Shown here piece after piece: positions 50,506-62,100 of a DNA stretch of 64,000 bases; the first letter of the stretch is position 1, and each line of letters opens with the position of its first letter. The DNA comes from Hemiscyllium ocellatum (taxonomy: Eukaryota): NCBI RefSeq assembly GCF_020745735.1, contig NC_083409.1:19364341-19428340 (forward strand), given 5' to 3'. The notes beneath the pieces were generated by a model, which saw only the letters and a program-made list of their open reading frames with translations, did not search any database and was not told where the DNA came from. A program made the position numbers and the translations under genes.

Positions 50506-53500
50506 TTTCAAATCGTTACCAGGATATAACAGGGAGAATCCTCACTGACATAAACAGGCTGAGTGTCAGAGACCCTAAGCCTCCGGTGCCCGACTCTCTA
50601 TGAGGCATTACAGTTATGTTCAACAGACACTGTTCATGTGTCAATAAGGGAGACTTGGTGACATGGGGTTATATTATAATCAATGATCAGAGAGGTACAG
50701 ATTAAAGATAAATGGCCAAATGTTAAGAGGGAACATAAGGAAACACATTTTCACCCAAAGGGTGGTAGCAGTCTGGGACTCACTCCCTGTAAGGGTGGTT
50801 TAAGCAGAAACTCTCCCATAACATTGAATTATTTCGATGTGCAACTGTGATGCCAAGGTATACAGGGCTACAGGCCGAATGCTGGAAAATGGAATTAGAA
50901 TGGTGAGATGGTTGTTTTGACTGGCTTTGGCTCATTGGACTGAAGGGCCTTGTTCTTGTAGACCTGTGACAGATGTCTGACTCTGCCAGGACTCCAGCAA
51001 TGTGGCTGACCCTTACCTGCCATTTGAAAGGCCGAGCAAGCCACTCAGTTTCAGGGCAGGTAGGGATGGAGAACAAATACAGTGACACCCACATCCCAGG
51101 AAAGAATAAACAGCCTCAGTAACACAGTCACCTGAACCTGCAGGTTTTCATGTCCCACTCCAGAGACTGGAGCACTATCCTGAGGCTGGCAAAGGCAAAG
51201 ATGCCATCTGCTGGATGATCGGTTAAACCACTGCCCTCTCAGGTCAATGTGAATGTAAGGGTTTTCTGATCATCTCAGACAAAATCCCTTCACCACCACC
51301 CCCCCCCCCCCCCCACCCCACAGTGTGCTGACCAATACTTCTCTTATAACCAATGGCATCAACACAAATACAAAAACAAAATACTGCAAATCTCAAATAG
51401 AAGCGCGATGTTGGAAAAATGGAACGGTGCAGCCTCTGTGGGGAGAGGAGGAATTAACTTTTTGAGGTTCAGTGATGTTTTATCAAAAAAGCAGCACCAT
51501 TTTATTTTATTCCATTTTAAGTTGTTTTATTTATTTTATTTAAATTTTGTTTATCAAATTTTAGCCCGTTTGATTGGCACCACTTCTACACACATCCATT
51601 CCCTCCACACCAACACTCACTAACATCTGTGTGTTCTATTTACAAGATGCACTCCAATAAATTCATTAAAAGTCCTGAGGCAACACCTTCTAAACCCATG
51701 ATTACTTGAATCAAGATGGACAAGGGCTGAAGATACAATGGGAACATCACCCCAGCAAGTTCCCTCTCAGCTATTCATCAGTTTAACTTGGAAATACCAT
51801 CACTGGGTCAGAATTCTGGAATTCCCTTCCTCAGGACATTGTGGGTCTACCTACAGCTCAGGACAAGTAAAGATGGACAGTAAAAAGGCTGGTAAAAGTA
51901 AGAGTAGGTGTGATTTGGGACCAGAAAGTGAGACTGTGATGTTTCAGTTATTCCTGGGCATTAGTGTGATCACATCTCAAATACCGTATTGTGTGTAGTT
52001 GTGGTCTCCTTATTGAAGGAAGAATATAAATGCATTGGAGGTGGTTCACAGGAGTTTTACCCAATTGATCCCTGGTATGAGTGGGCTGTGTGATGAGGAA
52101 GGATTGGAAAGGCTGGCCTTGTTCGCAGTGGGGTTTAGAAGAGTGAGGGGTTTTCCTGTCCCACTATATTCTCCAACCCCCATCTGCCTCCCTTGTGTGT
52201 CATACCCTCCTGCCCCTTACTACACGAGGAATTGAACTGTTTAGTCTTGAGGCCTATAACTTCCTTCTGGAACTAATCCTCCCGGTATCTCCGGCACTCC
52301 CTGATGTATCACTGCTTTTTCAATTCAGCCTTCATTCCAAACTCCCTGAGTGGGAGTTCCTGTAGTTTTATACATTCACTGCAGATGTATTTACCCTGAA
52401 TCATTTCAATGCAATAAAGAAATGTTGATCTCACTTACAAATGAAAAATATCCATTCCTTCGTTAGAGCAGTAATTGTCTTCGGTCTGTTTTGAAGTTTC
52501 AGTACTTTCCATTTATTAAACTTCCCGAATGGACATGTCCTGAAGCAGTCTATTTATACAGCCCCTCAAACTAAACAAATCCCAGATTATATTTTCTTGT
52601 TCATCATTTTGTTTCATTCAAACCAAGTGCATGTGCAGGCTCCCAGCAGCTGAAGTGACAGTTCCAAATCAGTTTGGAAAAGCAAAGGTAGACTCCTTCC
52701 CTGAGTTCACCAAACTACCACACTGACCAAACTTCCCAGCATTCCCCTCTGTGCTGGCTGCACTTAGTGCGAGCTGCAGCATGTAGGCCACCCTAAATTT
52801 ATACTGTTTCTGATTTATATCACTCCATTCTGTTGTGCTGTTGTTTAGGATATGGGTTAAGCTCACTTATTTCTCAATCAAAAGCTTCCTTCTTTCAGCC
52901 TGAGAGAGACTTTACATTTGCAAACAGGAAATATGACTTCAATGTTGGAATCTGTTCTCAGGATTGATGGGCTCGATGATTTGATTCAGTGAAATAACCT
53001 CGTCTAATCTCTTCAGGGGCCGACATTTTAGGTGTGACTCTTCTTCAGGAAGGGGGGATAGGTGTGAGGGGAGCTGCAGATAAAGGGGTGGTTTGGAGCA
53101 AGATGGTGAGGTGGAGATAGGTTGAGAAAGATAAAGAGTATGACCTGATTGGTCGATGGGAGAGATGAATCCAGTATCATCCCACCCCTCAACCAACCAG
53201 GTCCTATCCTCTACCTGTCTGCACCTATCCCCACTGAACCACTCTGCCCCCACCACTCCCTTTATTTGCAGCTCCCCAAACACCCACCCACCCCACTTCC
53301 TGAAGAAAGGTTACACCCAAAACGTCAACTTCTGCACCTCCTGATGCTTCCTCGCTTACTGTGTTCTACCAGCCTCCTACTTGTCAACCTTGGATTCCAG
53401 CATTTACAGTTTTTTTTTGTCTCTAATCTCTTCAAAGCCCAGGATGAGTGTGAGGAGATTGGGCTTTGATGGAACTACCCACAGAATGAAGTCAAAAGAA

Positions 53501-54602
53501 GCAAAGCAAGAAAGGCACGTGGATCAAATACAAGAGAGCAAATTGTGAGGGAAAACCAATTATTACCAGTTTAGCAATTGCAAAGGAGAGAGTGACAACA
53601 TTGAATTGCCTCTGGTGTCATCCTCTGTGCCCTAACATTCCACAGAGCCAGCTCCACATCCTTCCATTGGCTTTGTCATTGAGAGTCAACAGTTCCCTTC
53701 CCACAGCCCTTTTTAAAATGTCCTGTACCAGAGAGGCAGAGAATACTTTACCTTTTCTGGGAAAGATAGATAAATATAGGATTCAAGGAGCAGTTTCTCT
53801 GTCCGACAGAAGGATGTGTACCGTCTGTGGATTCTGGAGACAGATCACTGAGATATTCCTCACTCCCATCAACACCTGACTTTATTCTAACAACAGTTTC
53901 TATTCTTCATTATAAAGTACCCCCACCAGTTTCAGACTAGACATTTCACACCCAGCCCCCATTTCCTCACATTGGAATCAAGAACCAAACTTGCCCCATC
54001 TCTGGATTGCCCTCTGAATGTGGTGTCAGTGTGCTAATGCTGTGTTTGATGAAAGGGCCACAGTGGAATCTGGGACTGAATCCAAGGGGTTTCTGAGCCA
54101 CCAGCAGACTCCCCGCTGTGTGAGATTCTGTTTGGATAAGATTTTAGCCCCATGGTTCCCACTGACACTAGAGCCATAGAGTGAGATTGCTGGAGCCACG
54201 TGTGGACTGAGGAACACAACAGTCAGGACAATGAGCTGCTCTGGAATCTACCCTGAGCCCTGGATGATCCCCGCTGAGGTGGCCCAGGGGCTACAGAATA
54301 TGACAGCAGAAGGTTTATCATTGATGGTCCTCCCCAGCCGTGACTCCCAGATGCCCCCGGATTGAACATTCTCAATCTAACCCCATGGACATACGGGACA
54401 ATTCCATCCCATTTGAAGAGGAAAGAAAACCCAGGTCTAATTTATGGAATATTTATTTCTCAAACCCTGTAGAATTGTTATTCTGAGGAACAAGAGCCTG
54501 CTGGTCATATTCATAAATGCAGGGTTCCCAATGGCACTGGTTCACAAACAATTGAGTTGAATTTCTTGGCCTAGGATCTTGTTGTGCCTAAGGGATAGGT
54601 GA

Positions 54603-54612
54603 GGGAATTTCC
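54603..54612 (+). promoter_or_regulatory. Consensus NF-kB site GGGAATTTCC in the unique 3' flank of the intact C3
   Basis: Exact fit to GGGRNWYYCC; function not shown. Confidence 0.35.
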
Positions 54613-54896
54613 ATCAGATTATTGTGTTCCCCAGTGTCCCTTCCTGCCTTCCTTCTTTTCTCCATTTATTGGGAAAGAATTCCTTGGAGCCCTGCATTAA
54701 TTCTTAAAGAACCCCTTCTGGACGCAGTTGTAGAATTGCCCTCCTGCTCCAGGGACGTCATTACCCCCCTCGATTCTCCCCGTCTTGTTCCAGGCCTTGA
54801 AGTTGGAAGTTAACACTTCACACACCCTTTCCCTGAGGTTTCAGCTCTGGCCATTCCTAAAGCACACACAGAGACAGAGACTGAATCTTCTTCATC

Positions 54897-54902
54897 TTTA
54901 TT
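54897..54902 (-). terminator. Poly(A) signal AATAAA of kappa C3
   Basis: Plus-strand tttatt ~530 nt after the C3 stop; GT-rich downstream element; homologous to the C1 site. Confidence 0.7.
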
Positions 54903-55427
54903 CCCTTTTCCAGATTGACATTGACAGAAAACAGTCAGCAATTAACAGCCCAGACAGAGGAAGCTGCACAAATTCACAGACACAATGGAGCTTGAGGAAA
55001 AAACTTGTGGAGTTTTTCTCAATAACATAAGAATCCTGTCCCTTTAAAGAGTGACAGAAGCTTAAATTGGAACTGGTAGCTGAGCAGGAAGGAGATCTGG
55101 TTTACTGAAGCAGAGACTTCAGAGGTTCACATTATTTTGTACAGCTGACAGTTTTCAGCATCTTCGAGAGGTTTTACTTGGCATCACTAGTCTTCACTGT
55201 CCAACCAAACACTCCTAGAACAGGGTCAGCAAGGGGTTTGATACAGAGTAAAGCTTGTTTTTGATGATCCCAATGGCCTGCTTTAACCCTTCAACCTCAG
55301 ACATGTCTCTGAGCCAGTCCCAAGAAGGAAGAGATTTGACATTCGGTGCTGACAATGACCTTTGTCCTGCCAGCTCAGCCCTGTTCTAGTTAAAGTTGTG
55401 GCTCCTCTGTGGACTGTCTCCAACACT

Positions 55428-55756
55428 CTACACACATTCTGATCTCCTGATGCTCTTGCTGAGGGGAGAGGGGAGGGTCACATGGGTGAGGGCACAGGAG
55501 AAGCGAGCGTTGGACTCCCAGTCAGACCCAGAGAGGGTCAGCATGCTGCTGACACTGTAGGTGCTGTCCGAAGCTCGCAGGTAGTTGCTGGTCTGAACCC
55601 CGTCCGAAATGACTGCACCATCCTTCTTCCACTGCACCTCCAGCTCATCGGGATAGAAGTGATTGGCAAGGCACACCAGGGTTGCAGTGCCCTTGGCATT
55701 GATCTGCTCCAGGGAGGGGGGCAGCAGGGTCAGCTTGGGCTGAGAGTTGTCACGGC
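55428..55756 (-). CDS. IGKC: Intact Ig kappa (type III/NS4-like) constant exon C3
   Basis: gtgtttcag acceptor, phase 1; RDNSQPKLTLLPPSLEQINAKGTATLVCLANHFYPDELEVQWKKDGAVISDGVQTSNYLRASDSTYSVSSMLTLSGSDWESNARFSCALTHVTLPSPLSKSIRRSECV*; both intradomain Cys, core Trp and penultimate interchain Cys present. Confidence 0.97.
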
Positions 55757-56199
55757 CTGAAACACAAGAGAAATTGTTTTAATCCCTGTCATTCAAAGGG
55801 ATTTCAACTCTGAAGGTTCACTGGCAAAACAATCCATTTGCACATTTATATTCAATATCTAACAAACCCCATAAAAGGACAGGGCCTTTTAAATTGCTTC
55901 TTGGGATGTGAGTGTCACTGGCAGGACCAGCATTTATTACCCATCCCTAATCGCCGCTGAGAAAGTGATGGTGAAATAGGAGGGATAGTTTTGGACCATC
56001 ATTTATGAAATGAATGTGGGCAGCTGGAAAGGCTATCAGAGGGGGGAGCATTTCAGTGACAATGATCAGAACTCAGTGAGATTGAGAGTAGGGATGGGAA
56101 TGGAGAACCACGGAACAAGTGTAACAGTTTTTATTTGGGAACAAAACCATTTTACTAAACAGGGCAGGGATTGGGTAAAAGTGGGCTGAAAGACAAAAT

Positions 56200-59100
56200 A
56201 CAGGGGTGAAATTTACCAGGACCTGAGGAAAGCAAAGAGCTGACAGGATGAAATGTGTCCAAATGAAGTCAGGGAAATCCCAGTGATGTTGATAATCACA
56301 GAAAGAACAAGAGAATGAAGGAATGTGTGAGGCTCATTCGAGAGCAGGAAGGGAACTTGTGTGCGGTGGTGGAAGATGGAGTTATGGTTCATTACGAAAA
56401 CTTCCAGTCTTTTTTCACAAAAGAGAGGGACAAAGCAGGAACTGTAGTTCAGGAGGAGGACTGTGCAATATTGGAATGGCATCTTTCACATCTGAAAGAC
56501 TCCCAGTTCATCCAAATAAAAGAAAGACCTATGCTGTCCCCAAGACTTTTGCAGACAGTGTGGGACTTGTTTGAAATGTGGTCACCGTTGTAATGTAGGA
56601 AATGTGGAAGCCAGATTATACACAGTAAGATCCCACAAGTAACATTGAGCCAAGGAACATTTTGAGTGATGTTTGTTCAGGGATAAATATCAGCCTGAAT
56701 ATGATTCAAAGAGAAAGTAACTGGAACAGTTGGATGGAAATGAGAAAATGAAAGTTAGAGGAGAAGGGAGCATTACTGAGTAGTGATGGGATTGATTGTT
56801 ACCAGGAAATAAAAGGAAAGGGACAGAATATTGTGAATGTCATATTGTACTGAGGGAACTTAAAAGTGCAGGGAAGCTCAATATGGAACAAGCTTAAAGG
56901 CTTTGTCTCTGAACGCATGACCCATTCAGAGTAAGGTAGATAAAGTGGTACCACACAAGCCAAGTTAAATCAAGCTTCGAGGAATTTAAACTAATTAAAG
57001 AAGATAGGGGCTCAGGACACTTTGTTAAAGCATTCGGACCAAGTACTAGGATCGAGAGTATGGAAAGGATCAGGAATTGAACTTGAGGTCCCACAGGGTG
57101 GAATGTTCGATCAGTGGTTAGCACTGCTGTCTCACAGCTCCGGAGACATAGACCCAATTGCAACTGACTGTCTGTGTGGAGTTAACACATTCGCCCCGTG
57201 TCTACTTGGGTTTCCTCCCATTGTCACAAAGATGTGTAGGTTAGGAGGATTATCTATGGGAATTATAGGGTGGGTGGGATGCTTTTTCGAGGGTCAGTCT
57301 GGGCTGAATGGCCTGCCTCCACACTGTAGGGATTCTATGAAATCTAAAGGAGATAACTATGAGAAGGAGACAGTCAACGCACCACTGCAGGTGTTGTACT
57401 TCGATGCATCAAGTATATGAAACAAGGTAAATGAGCCTGTAGCTCAGGGACGTGGCTGCAAGGGGATCAGGGCTGGGAACTAAATATCCAAGGATGCACA
57501 TCTTATTGAAAGGAAATGCAAGGGGATAAAGGGTCAAGTGTGAAGGAGGAACTGAAGGTAATCCTTGTAAGTCAGGAAATGGTCTTGGAGAAGCTGATGC
57601 TGTCAAAACTTGATAAGTCCCCAGGGCCTGATACTCTGCAGCTCAAAGTCCTTAAGAAAATGGGTCTAGAAATAGTGGACACATTGGTGATCATTTTCCA
57701 ACATTCTGTAGACTCTGACAGAGTTCCAATGGATTAGACAATATCCAATATAACCCCACTTTTTAATAAAAGGAATGAGAGTGAAAATGAGGAATTACAC
57801 ATGAGGAAAATGCTGGAGTCAGTTATTAAAGATACAATAACCGAGCATTTGGAAAGCAGTGACAGGATCGGTCCAAGTCAGCATGGATTTACTAAAGGAA
57901 AATTAGGCCTGACACATCTCCTGGAAGTTTTTGAAGATATGATCAGTAGAGAGTGAACAAGGCTGAATCAGTGGACAACAAAAACAAAAATTGATGAAAA
58001 AGTTCAGCAGGTCTGGCAGCATCTGTGGAGAGCAATCGAAGTTAGCGTTTCGAATTGAGTGACCCTACTTCAGAACTCAGTGGACAGTGTGTATTTGGAC
58101 TTTCAAAAGGCTTTTGACAAGTTCCCATACAAGAGATTAGTGAGTTACATTAAACCTCATGGTGTTGGATGTAATGTATTGACATGGAGAGAGAGCTCGT
58201 TGCCAGATAGAAAGCAGAGAGTTGGAATAAATGGGTCCCTTTTGGAGTGGCAGGCAGTGATGAGTGGGGTACCACAGAGTTCAGTGCTGGGACCCCAGCT
58301 GTTCACAATATACATAAATGATATGGACAAAGGAATTGAATGCGATCCCTACAAACTTGCAGATGACATGAAGCTGGGTGGCAATGTATGTTGTGAGGAG
58401 GATGCTAAGAGGCTGCAGGGTGACTTGGACAGGCTGGCTGAGTGGGCATATACTTGGCAAGTGCAACATAATGTGGATAAATGTGGGATGATCCACTCTC
58501 ATGGTAAACAGATTATGAATGAATGGTGGACGTTTAGGAAAAGGTGAGGTGCAATGAGAGCTGGGTGTCATTGAAAGGGGGCATGCAGGTGCAGCAGGCA
58601 GTGAGGAAAGCTAATGGTATGTTGGCCTTCACAGTGAGAGGATTTGTGTACTGGAGTAAGGATGTCTTGCAGATTTATACAGGGCCTTGGTGAGGCCTCA
58701 CCTTGAGTATTGTGAGCAGGTTTGGTCTCCTAGTCTGAGGAAGGATATTCTTGCTATTGAGGGAATCCAGCGAAGGTTCACCAGACTGATTCCCGGGACA
58801 GCAGGACTGACATATGAGGAAAGACAGGATCGACTGGGCTTGTACTCACTGTGATTTAGAAGAATGAGAGGAATCTCACTGAAACATATAAAATCCTGAT
58901 GGGATTTGACAGGGTCGAAGCTGGAAGAATGTTCCCAACATTAGGAAGGCCCAGAACCAGGGGTCACTGTCTAAGATTAAGGGGTAAGTTATTCAGATGT
59001 TGTGAACCAGTGGAATTCTCTACCACAGAAAGCTGGTGGGGCCAGTTTGTTAGATATATATCAAGAGGGACGTGGTCCTTGAGGATGAAGGGATTTATGG

Positions 59101-62100
59101 GTATAGGGTGAAGGTGGGAATGGGAAACTGAGGTTGCATAATCAGCCATGATCATATTGAACGGTGGTGCATGCTCGAAGGGCTGAATAGCCTGTTCCTG
59201 CAGCTATTTTCTATGTTTCTATGTTTCTAATGATAGGTAGATATGTGAGGGGTGTGGGGGTGGGGTGTGGGAGGAGAAGGTTTATCCTGTCAGGAACAAC
59301 TGAAATTCATCGACAGCAAGAGGAAATATCGAGTGGGAATGCATAGAATCTGTGTGAGTCAACTTAAGAAACCACAAAGGAACAAAGCCCCTGATGGGAG
59401 TTATGTACCAGCCTCCTCGCAGTAGTCAGGATGTGGGTCAGAAAATAAATCAGGAGATAGAAGAGGCATGTAAGAAAGGGATTATTACAGTAATCATGGG
59501 GACTGCAATATGCAGGTGGACTGGGAAAGTCAGGTTGGGAATGGATCTCAAGGAAAAAAATTCATGGAATGTCTGTGAGAGGTTTTTTTTTGGAGCAGCT
59601 TGTGGTAGAGCCACTAGGAAACAGGTAATTCTGGATTTGTTAATGTGTAATGAGGTAGCACTGATTGGGGAGCTGAAGGTGAGTGAATCCTGAGGGGGCA
59701 GTGACCACGATATGATAGAATTCACCCTGCAGTTCGAGAGGGAGAAGCTGGAATACTATGTAATAAGAGGAGTTAATGAGCAAGTTAGACAAAGGAGAGC
59801 CAATGGTCATGATCTATTTGGATTTCCAGAAGGCCTTTGACAGGTTGCCACACTGGAGGCTGCCAAATAACATAAGAGCCCATGGAGTTTGGGGCCCAGT
59901 ACTGACATGGATAGAGAGTGGAAATAAATGGATCTTTTGCAGGATGGCAGCTGGTGCCTCATGCAGTTCAGCAGAGGGCAGTGTTGGGACCTCATGTAAC
60001 AATTAATTATATATTAACAATCTGGAAAAAGGAACTGAGGGCATTGTTCTTAAATTTGCTGATAACACAAAGATGAGGTGAAGGACAGGGAGAGTTGAGG
60101 AAGTAGGGAGGCTGCAGAAGGACATGGAAAGGCTCAGAGAGTGGGCAAAGGAGTGGCAGATGGAATACAATATGGGAATGTGTGAGGTTATACACCTTGG
60201 TTGGAAGAATAGGGGCTCATTTGCCAAGAGATAACCAAAGAGTGGAGAGAGTGTGCATCCTGTTCCTTATGGGAACTTCAGAATGCTTCCTAGCTCATGG
60301 AATACCATGAGAGCAGGAAGTGTGGTTAGTGACAGCAGTTGGAGCTCCGGGTTTCGGAGCTTGAGCAGCAGCTGGTGTCAGTGTGGAGCGTCTGTGAGGC
60401 TGAGAGCTCCGTGAAGAGCATGTTTCTAGATGTGGTCACTCTGCAGCTTCAGAGTATGCAGGGAGAGAGGGAATGGGGGAGCCGCAGACAGTCCAAAAGG
60501 ACCAGGCAGCTAGTACTGGAATCACCTGAGTGCATCCCACTCTCCAAAAAAAATTCAGTTCAGAATCCTAATGAGAATGATGGTTCGTCTGGGGAATGCA
60601 GCCAGAGCCAAGTCCCTGGCACCAAGATGGGGCTCAGCTGTACAGGAGGACACAAGGAAGACTGGAAGAGCAATAGTGGGAGGAGATTCGAGAGTGAGGG
60701 CAATCGATAGGTGTTTCTGCAGCTGCAGATGGGAATTCAGGATGGCGTGTTGTCTCCCTGGTGCCAGGGTCAAGGATGTCACTGAGTGGCTGCAGAGCAC
60801 CCTGAGGAGAGAGGGGGAACAGGCAGCAGTCATGGTCCACATCGGTCCCAGTGACAGAAGGAGAAAAGGGATGTGGTCCTGCAGTCAGAAGTTAGGGAGT
60901 TTGGGAGGGAATTCGGAACAGAAGCTCAAAAATAGGAATCTTTGGATTACTCCCATGACAAATGCAAGTGAAGATAGGAACAGAAGGATAAGACAGGTGT
61001 ATGTGGGGCTGGAAAGGTGGTCCAGGAGGGAGGGCTTTAGATCCTTGGGACTTTGGGAATGACTTGGTGGAAGATCCGACCTCTATAGACTGGATGGGTT
61101 GCTCCTGAACAGAGCAGGAGTTGAGCTCCTCGTGGGGTGATTTGCTGGTGCTGTTGGAGAGGGTTTAAATTAATATTAAAGGGCCGTGGGAACCAGGAGG
61201 CTAATATCAGGAAGGAAAACCAAGGAACACAGAATATAGGAAAAATATGTTCGCATCAGAGTGAGGAATAGTAACTTCTTAGGTAGGGTCAGAGTGAGAG
61301 AGAGCCAGCAATAAATTCTAAATCTGGCTGGCTGTGCATGTATGGGACTGCACGGAGTGTGGGAATAAGACTGGAGAGTTACAGACACAGATTGTCAAGT
61401 GGAAAAATAATGTTGTTGCTCTAACAGATGAGGATCAAATGAGGACAGGACTGGTTGTTAAATAATCCTGGATACAAGGTTTTCAGGAAAGATAGGAAAG
61501 TGGGGAAAGGGTGAGAGGTGTGTGATTGATTATGGAGATCAGTGCAGAGCTGGAGAAAGAAGGTGTCTCAAAGGTGTCAAGGACAGAATCGATTTGGTTC
61601 GAGATAAGGAACAAAAAGGTGCAATCAGGTTGTTCAGTGCAGTCTGTAGGTCACTGACTAGTGGGAAGGATGGAGGGGAGCAAACCTGCAAGGGATTTAC
61701 AGAGAGGTGCAAACATTACAGGATTTTAATTGTCACAATATTAACTGAGACAGCAACTGGATCTTGGGAATGAGGAATTCCAAGTAGATCAAGTGTCAGT
61801 GAGAGGACATTTAGGGAAGAGTAATCATTGTATCATAAGGTTTAGGGGGACAGTGGAAAAGGACAATGGACAATCCAGCATAAAGTTACGATCATGGATC
61901 GTATCCCATGGATCACCTCCAATGTTTCGCTCTTAGCATTTTTCATAATTTATTTTAATATAGAATATGAATGAGTTACAAATATAATATTTTGCCTCAG
62001 TATTTACAGTTGAGAAGGACGTGGAAGTGAAGGAAATTTGGGAAATAAATGTTGATGTCTTGAGAAGTGTCCATATTACAGAAGAAGAGGTGCGGTAATC

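Larger units (their letters stand above)
28810..53172 (-). repeat. Arm B of the inverted segmental duplication
   Basis: Collinear reverse complement of arm A, with arm-specific insertions and deletions. Confidence 0.95.

Noticed and set aside
54085-54120. Minus-strand CACAGCG ... TCAGAAACC resembling an RSS
   Set aside because: Spacer is 17 nt, not 12 or 23, and there is no adjacent V or J coding sequence.
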